From Guillardia theta CCMP2712 (lineage: Eukaryota > Protista > Cryptophyta), in contig NW_005434619.1 of assembly GCF_000315625.1 (NCBI RefSeq), positions 120,303 through 184,302 on the forward strand: 64,000 nt of DNA. Direction: 5' to 3'. Shown here piece after piece: positions 1 to 10,745 of the stretch; within the stretch, counting starts at the first letter, position 1; every line of letters begins with the position of its first letter. The notes under the pieces were generated by a model. The model saw only the letters and a list, made by a program, of their open reading frames with translations, ran no database searches and was not told where the DNA came from. Position numbers and translations under genes: made by a program.

Positions 1-1430
1 AGGGAGGGAGGGAGGGAGGGAGGGAGGGAGGGAGGGAGAACAGTAGGGGTGGAGGCCGTGGCAAGGAAAAGGATTTCGGGGGGGAGGAGGGTCTTTGGTG
101 GGGTGCCAGGAGGGGGTAGCGGGAAATCGAGGAGGGAGAGGAGAGAGAGAGAAGGAACTTGTGTGCGTTGAAGAGAATAACGAGGGCCTCTAACAATGTT
201 AAGGGAAGGAGTTGAGAGTTGTGAAGCAGATTGTGATGGAGGTCAGTATGATGATATGATCACGTCGTAGTTGCACTGTTGTACTGGCGAGAGAGAAGCT
301 GCTGTCACAATGAATGGATGGAATAAGAGCGTCTGACCAGGAGGTAATGAGGAGATGCTGTGGGATGAGGTGAAGATGGAAGTAAAACTCCTCTAATCAC
401 AACATGGTCACAAACAGCTCGCACGGTCCCAACTGGACTGAACGGACTGGAACTGAAACGACCCGACCTCCACGACTAGGTTTTAATCATTATCTAAGAG
501 CCTTCGAGATCTAGTTCCTCCCCCCGTCAGATTTACATGCTGTGTCGCATGGACTGCTTGATGTCACGGGACATCTGGGCAGTGCCTGTCATCGTCGAGC
601 ATCAGCAACCATGTCCGACATAAGCTTGCAGAGCACTCACTCTTGTACCAGTAGCCTGGCTTGTGGGTGAAGAGGGGCTGACCGCACTGTAGCGCAAAAA
701 AAAGTCACAAAGATGCATCAGAACAAGCTCATTGTTAAACAAACCGAGTCGCCAGTCAATCCACAATCCTGTAATGAACTCAGTCAGATATGCACCAGCG
801 AAAGTTGAGTCTGCAACAGTGTATGAACTATTTTGGTGTGGATCTAAATACAGTATTGAAACTATGCTTCACTCATCACACGACAATCGTTTCACAAGCA
901 TGACATCCCCACATCGATTGCAGGGAATCATAATGTGAAACAACTGGAATCGACTGTCATAAAGACGTTTGTCCGCATCAACATTGTTTCCTCCACACAA
1001 GATCATTCAAGAAGAATACATATGCGCACAATACACAATCAGATCCACGAGATAACTGGAATGAAGAAACAACTGAAATGGTCAGCGACACAGCTTATTT
1101 TTGTTCATATCAAAGCAGCTTCAAGCAAATCAAGACAGGCTTCAACAGCCAAATACCCAAGTTGGATGATCATTGCGATCCAATGTTTTGAAATACCATG
1201 TCAAACTATCTCACGATGAATCCTGTGCCCACTTCAAGCTGTACGATAGCCTAACAGGTTGAGCCACAACAACATACGCTCGACCAGATCGAACACTCAT
1301 CATCAGCTGTGATCACCAACAACTCAAGTTTATCTTTCCCCCATGATCTCATTGCTGCGCTCCCTGTCTACTGTTTTCCCACCTGAACGCCGAAGGCATC
1401 GAGCTTGGTGAACATGCGGGAGCCGAACAT
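1..1430 (-). CDS. Probable multi-exon hypothetical protein (structure unresolved, may run off the window start)
   Basis: ATG at about 1430 (MFGSRMFTKLDAFGVQ) followed by a GT donor and a CAG acceptor about 45 nt later, then short exon-like segments. No recognisable domain. Confidence 0.25.
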
Positions 1431-1929
1431 GGTGATCGCGAATAGACGCGTCTGTTCGAGAGCGGTTACCAACTGTAACCGTGATGGTCTTAGTTCGATA
1501 GGACCCTTTCGTAAGAAAATTTGCTTATCTGCGCCTATACCTTTTAACCCTACCATTTCCCACAAGAATACAGTATCAAGTACCGGTGATACATCACACC
1601 GGTTTGAATCTGGTAAATGGGATGGGTGGATATCAATGGGACACCTGGCCGAAGGGCTTTGAGGGAGGGGTTTGAAATCCAAAGAGGACCGGTAGGATCG
1701 GACTGGAGGGGTACTACTACCTGGTAAAAACATGAGGTAGAAGGGGGTATGTCGACTCAGCGACTTACAGGGTACCTCGTCCTCCCGATTCCGATCACAG
1801 GGGTCATTACAAACTTGAGGGACAATTTTGAAATTATACCATTTAAAAATATGAGGAAATTTGAAATATACACTGGGGAAGGGAAAGGGTGAAGGGTCGC
1901 GGGGGGAAGTCGAAGGGGCAGACAAGGGG

Positions 1930-1937
1930 TATAAAAT
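1930..1937 (+). promoter_or_regulatory. Possible TATA box for the 56-aa gene
   Basis: TATAAAA at the end of a G-rich upstream tract, about 190 nt before the ATG, with a likely 5'UTR intron in between. Confidence 0.35.
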
Positions 1938-2119
1938 CGGAAGAGGAAGCGGCAAGTGGCACAGGACAGGTCAGAACCATTTCTGCTCATCCTTGCACAT
2001 GTGTACGATTGTATGAGAAAGGCCGAGTTTGATGAACCTTTGTTTAATGCATGTTCTTGGAACTGTCGTTCTTTCTTGTATGTCATCTTATTCCGCGGTT
2101 TCCTGACTTCGATGCAGCA

Positions 2120-2290
2120 ATGATCCAGAAGCTCTTCGATCTTGAGGACTACGCCGGTACCTACCGCGAGACCCGCAACGCCTACCTCAAGGCTGCCAAC
2201 CAGCTCAAGCTCGCCACCGGCCCCTACAAGGCCGCTCGTGATGCCTACGTTGCTGCCACTGCCACCTACACCAAGTCCCTCTACGAGTAA
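2120..2290 (+). CDS. 56-aa small protein with an internal 21-aa repeat; candidate cryptophyte ejectisome (trichocyst) ribbon protein
   Basis: ATG 2120 to TAA 2290, MIQKLFDLEDYAGTYRETRNAYLKAANQLKLATGPYKAARDAYVAATATYTKSLYE. Very strong C/G-ending codon bias (TAC, GCC, AAG, CTC, ACC). CTGAC...CAG acceptor just upstream (2117) and TATAAAA at about 1930. The coding call is well supported; the function is inference. Confidence 0.75.
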   Translation: MIQKLFDLEDYAGTYRETRNAYLKAANQLKLATGPYKAARDAYVAATATYTKSLYE

Positions 2291-2506
2291 ATGTGTTGCT
2301 CTGTTCAGTTGCTTCGTTTTCCAAGCGAAGATTCTTGCTCAGATGTTTAATAAACGCATTCTCTAGATGAAGACTTATCTATTCCTCATTTACTTAGATG
2401 AGATATTCACACGAATCCCCAAGTGCATGGCTCGTGAAACACATGTTGGTGCAGGTTCAAACATGGATGTGCAGTATATTCTTAGTGTGTTACAAAACAT
2501 TTATTG

Positions 2507-3917
2507 TCAAGTTATACTTGAAATCATGCTACGGGCTTCTTTCCAGTCTGGATCAATATCTATACACAGCTTGAGGGCTGAGATCGCCTTCTCAGGATCT
2601 TCCATCTTCATATACAACTTCGCGAGGTTGAGCAAAACTCCCTTGTAACTCGGTGGCCAATCCCTTACGTCAAGCTTCCCGAGGCCCTCTTCCACGACCC
2701 TCTGACACTCTGCTACTGCCTCGTGCTCAGCAGAGGTCCAGTGAAGGTTAGCCAGGACACACCATGCTGTGAGAGCGTGAGGATTGTACTTCACGCACAG
2801 TCTGTACAGCTGGATGGCTTCTGACATCTGTCCTCTTCTCAACGCATTGCTGGCACGCTGCTCGAATCGCAAGCTGTGGTCGATGAACTTCGTGGAGCAG
2901 AAGAACATAGCCAGCACGTAGCGCACGCCCCCCTGCACAGGATGCCCAGCATGCCACACTGACCCTGCATGCGCAAGCCCATGGCCAAGCTTGACACGCA
3001 CAGAATCTTTCAGGCCTTCGATCCAAGTCCCCCCCTCCTTGATAGTTGACAGGGTCATTGAGGCTGACTGTCAGGGTCAGGAAGCTGAAGTCTTGGTGTA
3101 CAGGAGTGAGGATGGGAGAGCCGCTGCTGTTGTACTTCAAAACTGTCGCCTGGTAGAGCCTCAGGTGCTGGGCTCTAGCCTCAGGCACATCCGGAAACGC
3201 CGTCTCAAGCAGAGGATAGACCCTGGTAGCAAGGACGTTCCCGAGGAAGGCGGTACTGCGAGGAAGCTTCTCAACTGGCGTTCGATGAGGCATGAATTGC
3301 TCGTTCTCCTTCGACGCATACGGAAACCCTTGTGTCCATGCTGCTACCTGCTCTGCCTCTTCAATGACCTGTGAACATTCACTAGCGCTGAAGAGCGGTG
3401 TTTCGGACATTGCTACGTAAGTCTCTTTTGGCGATTGCTGCTTGAGCAAAACACCCTCAAACGATTTGAAGTCCCATTTGGTAGGGATACCACACCTCTC
3501 ATTGAGTGGCACTACCTTGCGAAAGTCGCACCATGGCCTTGAATTGCATTCCTGCCTGTGCTCTGCCACGTTTTCTCGGATGAACTCCTCCTCAACTTGT
3601 AAGTATCGGAGAGTGTTCACCTGCTGTTCCAAGCCAAGGAAAGCTTTCAAATTGGTAGGATCCATTCCTTGCAACACATTGATCCCTCGAGCTGTGCCAC
3701 TCATTTCCATCCTCACACGTGCATGGCGACTGCGGCACATCAGGCGGGATGAAAGATGCACTCTTGCGGATGGTGGGGATGATGGGTGCTGGAGGAGGAA
3801 GGCAGGGTGAGCAGTTGGTCGATGACGATGAGCAGGCTCCTGCCATTCGTGGTCTGCCAACCAGTCCGGTTGCGCCATGGTCAGGATCGCCGCGATCGAT
3901 GCCAACTTGGGGAGCAT
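2507..3917 (-). CDS. 2OG-Fe(II) oxygenase (prolyl/lysyl hydroxylase-like) with C-terminal TPRs and an N-terminal signal/transit peptide; interrupted by a 1-nt frameshift at 3029-3035
   Basis: VLKY...VHQDFSFLTLTVSLND..YQGGG then TWI...HAGSVWHAGHPVQGGVRYVLAMFF (HxD...H...R ligands). TPR-like AIQLYRLCVKYNP and AISALKLCIDIDPDW. The two halves lie in different frames joined at a G7 run. Confidence 0.8.
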
Positions 3918-4575
3918 AGTCGGGGAGATTGGGGAGGAAGGACCACCCCTCTTAATAAGGGGGTGGTGGATGGTAAATGTAAGGGTGGGAATGTATGTGG
4001 GGTGGATGTTCTCTGACGCTGGTTGTTGAGTAAAACAATTAAAAACTACTTTTAAACACAACTGGATCCCGAGGCGGACCCGGCAGGGCAACTGAGTAGC
4101 TACCGTACCCTACTGGCAAGTGCGGCTGTTGGGACTGCCCTAGGTACTGATGGGTAGCAATGGTAGGGAGGAGAGGAGGAGAGGAGGGGAAGGGGATGGA
4201 CATGGAGACAGCACTAGCAGTTCAGCCTGTGGTAGCCTACCATGAACCATGGAGAGGAGAACAACTATGGTTGCAGAAACTCAAAACAACTAAAGAGACG
4301 GAAAGGCAGGAAGACAGGCAGGAAGACAGGCAGGCCGGGCAGGCAGGCAGGCAGAGAGGAAGACCAAGCAAAGGTGATACGCGCAAGACGAGAGGAGGAT
4401 GGTGGTGAGATAAAAGACTCCGATCGCGGGGAGGAGTCTGTCAGGTTGGACCAACAATGCTGCAAGGACCTGACGGTGGTGTCTCTCAACAGCAGGAGAT
4501 CGTCATTTCGTAATGTACTTTCTCTCGTGATGCGAGGACGGAGATAGCAAGCTTTCATAAATCGTCAGCCCCGCC

Positions 4576-4850
4576 ATGGCGAACTTTTCAGGCAAGGTCG
4601 TCGTCAACGCCATTATCCTACTCAGTTTCCTCCTGCTGGTGGATCTTCTCTTCATCCTCGCATCCATGGCCCTCGCAGCGTCGCAGTGGAGCTCCCTGGC
4701 GCTGCCAGACATGGTCGTGTGGTGAGTGTGAGGGGGAGGGAGGAGAGAGCTGAGACGATGGGCAGGTCGAGCTACTCGGGCATCGGAATGGTCGGGGGGA
4801 TCATCCTGTTGATTGCTGTCTTAGTCTTCATTGAGAGGCGTAGATATTGA
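4576..4850 (+). CDS. Small (76 aa) two-TM membrane protein, 2 exons (intron 4722-4765)
   Basis: MANFSGKVVVNAIILLSFLLLVDLLFILASMALAASQWSSLALPDMVVW|SSYSGIGMVGGIILLIAVLVFIERRRY*. The GTGAGT...GGCAG intron joins the exons in frame. Missed by the ORF track. Confidence 0.5.
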
Positions 4851-5233
4851 ACAAACGAGGAAGAGGAGCTTGCTAGAGGTGCTGGAGGGATCAGAAGGGA
4901 GGAGAAGCTTGCTAGAGGAGCTGGAAGGAAGGGAGGAGAAGCTTGCTAGAGGGACTACGCGTAGAGAGCTAGGTTCATCTTGGCATCGCAGGATTTTAGC
5001 AGGGGATCCTGTTGAGCCTAAAAGTCAGAGACAGGCGACGAGAATGGAGGAGAGGGAGGAGACGGTGCTCTAGAGTGCTGAGAAGTCACGGAGGAGGGAG
5101 GAAGATGGGGAGAGGAGGAGGAGGTGTGCCGAAGAAACCTGCTTGCCTCTCCTGCGATAGATGTCGGTGGGATTTTCATTCAACCACTGATGTGAGTCGG
5201 GGAGATCAAAACCTGAAGGAGGGTGCGGTCAGC

Positions 5234-7948
5234 CTAAAAGTCTGCTTCTGCTCCTCCTGCTGCTCTTGCTCCTCCTCCTCCTCCTCCTCCTCCTCCTCCT
5301 TCTCCTATACAACTGCTGCTTACCGAGTCCTTCCAAGTTGTCTTGGGCTTTCTCTTGCCTCCCTCGCTGTTGGCTCGCGTCTCCCTACCGACTTCACTCA
5401 GCCGCACAGTCAACCCCCGGAACCTCCTCCCACCCTCGAATTCCAAGTCATCTCGTCAAAGGTCTCTTGAGAGAAATCCCGTGGGGGAAGCGGGCTGCTA
5501 GCGATCGTGTCGAAGAAAAACTGAACGAGGCGTTAGAGTTTCAGTTTGAAAGTAGAGGAGAGGAGTAGAGGAGAGCGGGAGAGGAGGAGAAGAGAGAAAG
5601 AAGTGGGGGAAGCGGCAAAGAAAGGAAAGGGAGTAGAGGAGGAAGAGAGGAGGCAAAGGAGGAGGAGGAGGAGAGAGGCAGAGGGGAACAGTGCTTGCCT
5701 GGTTGAGGTCGAGATGAGTGAGTCGTTTGTGGAACGATCCTCCCGGTGACCACGCGCTTCCTGCGACTGGAAGTGATGAACGAGGTCTCTATCTTCTCCT
5801 CCTCCCGACCTGTCAACTTGGCGTTGTTGTGCACTAGCAACGCAAGATGCCTCACGCAGTTGTCAAGCACCAGCTCAACCTCACACTGTGGTGAAAGTCT
5901 CAGCCGAGCTTTCCTCTTCTCAGCCGTCGGTCACCTGATCGCGGATCTGCGACAAGTTGGTCCAGGTTTGCCTCTCCCCTTGCAGCATGCTCTCTGCCTG
6001 CCCAACAAAGTCTGTACCCCACCATGAAAGGGAACGTAAAACCATCGCAGAGTCGGTCGGCGTCCACCAGTATCCCTTGAAGGTCTCCAGGCTGACTGGA
6101 GGGGCGATGGTGACGTCGCCAACGTATTTCTGAAAGGCAATTTAAAAGGAGGAGGAGGAGGAGGAGGAGGAGGAGGAGGAGGAGGAGGAGGAGGAGGAGG
6201 AGCAAGAGGAGGAGGAGGAGGAGGAGGAGGAGGAGGAGGAGGATGAGGATGGATCAGAAACCTGCTCAATGGTCTGCTTCAGGAGCTTCGGGGCGATTCC
6301 CAGAGAGATCGCCTAAGTGAAGATGAGGATGGGCGGAAGCAGAAGACGAGAAGGAGGACAAGAAGGCAGGCATGAAGGAATGACGTACTTGTTCGCATCG
6401 GTGAAGGACTTCGGATTGCACGAGGTACCTGCAAGGATGGATGAGAATCAGAGAAAGGGGAACAAGTCGCAAGTAGAAAGGAGAGCATACCCGACTGTCG
6501 AAGAGATCCTGGAGATCAAGCCTTTCTTTGCTCCCTTGCAGTCTATCTTGACCTGATCGGTTCATTTCCTTCAGTCTGCACTCACCAGACGAGAGGCCTC
6601 GTCACCTGCTTCTGCGATCGCTGGATGAAGGGGATGGCATGGAAGTTCGTCTGGGAAACGATGAAGAAGTTCACGTTGAAAAGCTCCTGCAGCCGATTGA
6701 TCGAAAGGTCCGAGTTCAGGCTCAGAGCATGCGCTTGCTCTCTATCCCCCCGGGAGTTGCTCCGAGTGGGATCGGAGTTCCCCCATGACCTCGCACAGCT
6801 CCCGTCTGGGTCCTTGACAACCAGGCACTTCCCAGGTCGGCTCAAGGGGAAACAGGAGGCAGCTACTGCGCTCCAGAGGAGCACGTTAGGGGATGTAAGG
6901 TAGTTAAGGAGGCGGGACTTCTCGAAGTTGCTCTCGGGGGGCACGACGACGTTGACAATCCTCCCCGTCCTCTCGTACGCCTCGTGGAAGGTGACATCCC
7001 CCAGCAGGTGGATCAGGAACCTCTCCAGACCATCGCTGTCCCATCTCGACTCCTCCTGCACCAGCAGCCGCATCTTCCCGTACAGGGACCCAGGAGGAAA
7101 ATCCGGGCTCTGACTCATCGCCGACTCACCGAGGTCAAGGAACATGGTCTCGAGCTCGTCGATGTTGCTTATCCCTACGAGCGCCGTCACAACAGCTCCG
7201 AAGCTCGAGCCTGAGATGATGCGGGGCAGCAGGCCCTGCCAGCTCCACCCGTTAGCAGATCAAGAACGCGTCAGGCGCTGGTCTCTTACATGTTCGTAGA
7301 GGGCCTTCACCACTCCGAAGTGGTACATGCCGTACCTGGCCAGCAGGTGAGCATGCACAGCAGCCGTCACCGTATTGCACTCACCGCAGCCCACCCGAGA
7401 GGAGCAGCGAAGTCTTCCCGAGCGCATGCCGGGACTCGGTGAAGAAGGCAAGGCGAGCCTCTACGGAGATGAGGTCGTCCCTCGCGTTAGCTACCGAGTA
7501 CATCATCCGGATCAGTTCTCGCTGATGCTTCTCTGTCATTTACAAGTCAGTCAGACACAGACAAGCGCGTCTACACACCGATGAGAAGCTTCGTTCCCAA
7601 ATGCGAGTACTCGTACAACGACTGGTTTCCTATCCCCACAAAGTTCCTCTGCAGGCCCGAGCGGAGCCACGACACGATGCTTTCGAAGTCCTCGTTCGCT
7701 TCTAGGAGCTGCAGCTGTCTCAGTCTCTCTCGGATCAGGGTGTGGTCGTAGTACGACGACTTAGCATCTGCCTTCCATGCATGGCTCCCTTCAAGCCCAT
7801 CAAGCAGTTCGGCCGCCTGCAGCCAATCCTCGTACTGCCTTGCGGTCTGCAGAGTGTGATAGCAGTGCAGTTTGCTCTGAGTGCATTCTGCCTCTGACAG
7901 TTCGCTGCTGGAAGAGATTTGACTCCTCAGCTCTGGGTTTGTATTCAT
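5234..7948 (-). CDS. Patatin-domain triacylglycerol lipase, SDP1/TGL3-5 family (multi-exon; 3' end approximate)
   Basis: YEDWLQAAELLD..W, LRSGLQRNFVGIGN..LY...GTKLLI, LLLSGGLRYGMYHFGVVKAL, LLPRIISGSSFG (GxSxG), TFHEAYERTGRIVN, LLNYLTSPNVLLWSAVAASC, LQELFNVNFFIVSQTN. Confidence 0.9.
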
Positions 7949-9665
7949 AGATACAAACTCCCAATGTCAATGCTTTCACGTCATCGAATACGGATTCTTG
8001 CAAAGGAGCGACGCTACAGTAAAGAATAGCCGGATTCCATTTTGTTCTCGATCACGCCAGGATGCTACTGTAAAACAATACATGTCATAAGACGTGAATC
8101 TCAGATTGCACAGATACAACTTTATTTGTTTCCCTTGTTTCTCCGTCATGTTTCCTATCCCGTTCTTTGAATCATCAGTCTACGAGCTGTACTCGTCAGT
8201 CTTTCTATCATGCCTGCTTGTCAACACTTAACATATCATCTTCATCGCTTTCCTCTCCTGCTCCCCCCTGCTATGCTCTCCCGCTCTTACCCCTCGCTCT
8301 CTTCCCCTACCCCTCCCTCCATTTCGCGATGCTCCCGTCGCATCCTATGTCGCTCTGAACATTCGTAAAACTAGTTTGTATACTAAAAGTGTTATAGGGC
8401 CCTTGGTCCCCTACAAAACTTTCCAGAAAAGAACCTTTTCGAAATTTTTAGAACCCAAAAACTTGTGTCACGGGTACATACATTACTTTTAACAGTACCC
8501 TACCCCGAGAAATTAGAAATGCATTACCCTCCCCCGTCGTATCCGATGCGACGGTTCTCTACTACCCTCCTTTCCCTGAGCGACAAGGGGCCAAGTACCC
8601 TATGTTTGCCAATTAGTGTACCCACCCCTCATACGGACTCCTTGGTCCCCACCCTTCAGGTATCTACAGAACCGCACCCCTACCCCCTGATATTCCAGTA
8701 CCACCCCTACTGCGTCCCTATCTTTTCAAGCATGGACAGGCGGCCGCCACAATGCCGACCCTTCCTATGACCCCCTATTTTCCCTTCAAACCACCCTGGT
8801 AGTACCCTAGAGATATGCGCCCTCACGGCAGGCGCCCGGCGCCGCCCGGGCCGCAGCCCGGAAGCCGGGCCCGGCAGCCCGCCCGGTGGCCGGCAGCCTC
8901 AGTTGTCACTGTCACGGCGGGGGCCACTGAGCGGCCTGACCGTACAGGTCGGGCCCGGCCGCCACTGACCCGGTAACAACGTCTGTGACAAGTCCAAGAT
9001 CAGATGGAACAGCGGCATGATATCAAGTTCAGTCCCGGGATGGGCCAGTACTATACGGTATTTCATATTGTTCAACAGGCCAGCCGGCAGTGTCGCTAAG
9101 TCGAAAAGTTTCATCACAATGATCATGTGCCGCGCCAGCAGCTGCTGAGCAGACCTGCCGCAGTGCTCTTACACTGAGCAGGCCCGAGGCTCCCGGGCCA
9201 CCCGGCGGCCTCACTGGCCCTGACCCGGGCCCTTGCCGGGGCCCGGGGGCGGCGGAGCCGGCCCGGCCCGGGACTCGGAGCGGCACAAAGGGCCGACGGG
9301 GCTGTCTTGTCAGAACACAAGTCAGGCTCAGCTAGTTCCTTGATCCTCCTCCAGTACTTGAAAGTTTGCCGCGTGCTGCATCAGCAACCGTTTCAGGTTT
9401 GTCGCTCTTCTCTGCGGTGAGTGCCTTCCTTGTCTCTCTCCTCCCGCCCTCGTCTCCGGTCCCTTCCATCCCTGAACTTACCTTTCGCAGCTACGTACCA
9501 GGACATCGGCAGCGGATTCTGCAACACTACTCAGGGCTTGTTATGGACAGTCTGCATCCTAGTCAGTACGCTGTTCTCCTACTACGGCAGTGGCCTTTGC
9601 CGTTGTCCTGTGTTTCATATGCTGCACTCCCGAGGCATGGGAGGACGAACAAAGAGTAGCAGTGG

Positions 9666-10540
9666 TCACCGGCTCAAAAGCTCTTCCGATCGCCATTGCG
9701 AACGAAGGGACCTATCCAGTAGTGGACCAGGACGCAGTGTAAGGCTCGAAATGTTCTGATTTGCACTCTGCATAGCAGTCTTTGAAAGAGAACTCTCGAC
9801 GCTCTCTGTACAGATTCTGTCCTGCAACTTATGCAAGTCACCGATGAATGATGTGTAGAATAGATTCGTTGAGTGATGGTTAGACAACAAACATTCATCT
9901 GACAAGAGAACGTATCTCCCTGCTACTAAGGAATGTGCGGTGTCATCTGCAGGGTCAACCGTGAGGGTCTGATTGCGATCCATCAAGTGCTACATTCAGG
10001 CTATCTCTAAAACAATGAAACTCAAGAAATTCTCTGTCTCAAGGTAGCATTGAGACTTCAACCTACTCACTTACTTTCAAACTTCTTCTCTTCTTTTCCA
10101 AGTGCACAACATTCTTCAGACCAATACTGGCACAGAAGTTTGTTGACAGGTAGGAATGATGCACCTCTCCCCTCCTCATCATTGCTTTCCTTGCTGCCTT
10201 CTGCCAATTATTCAGCATCACCTGATTCCTTTTGCTTTCGTTCTGGTCTTGATCGTCATCCTCGTAATCTTTGTTTTCACGTTTCCCCTTCTGCAGCAAT
10301 TTCGCTTGCAACTCAATCCCTCAAAAGTGTAATCATTGACGGTTGATCATGGTTCGATCTGTGTTTGTAACTTTATTTCTTCAATTACAAACCAGGTATG
10401 ATAGATCCATGTTCTATTCTTACTTCATTTTCATAACAACATACGCAAGGAGTTGTTCATGAACAGAGACGTATCGTTCTCCAACACGGCGTTTTCTGTC
10501 TTCCCTTAATTTTCTCACTCAGCATGTCTTTCTCATCATA
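9666..10540 (-). CDS. Possible hypothetical protein (fragmentary exons)
   Basis: Open segments 10063-10311 and 9666-9986 separated by intron-like GTAAGT...AG stretches. No motif recognised. Confidence 0.2.
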
Positions 10541-10745
10541 TTTCTTACATCATTTGTCTCGTCTCGTTGTATCATACTCGCACATCTTCAAATTAACTTC
10601 CGCATTTTTCGGTGTCCCGACCGCTGTGACCCCTACCCCTCCATTTATTCGGTAATACCACCGGTGCACCCAATTCATTAGACCCCTACCGCCAGACCTG
10701 AAATGTAGGGTGGGGTTGTTGTGACGTTTTGCATTTGAATTCGAG

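Noticed and set aside
4861-4952. CRISPR-like repeat (AGCTTGCTAGAGG three times)
   Set aside because: Eukaryotic context, spacers similar to each other and no cas genes. It is an ordinary imperfect tandem repeat.
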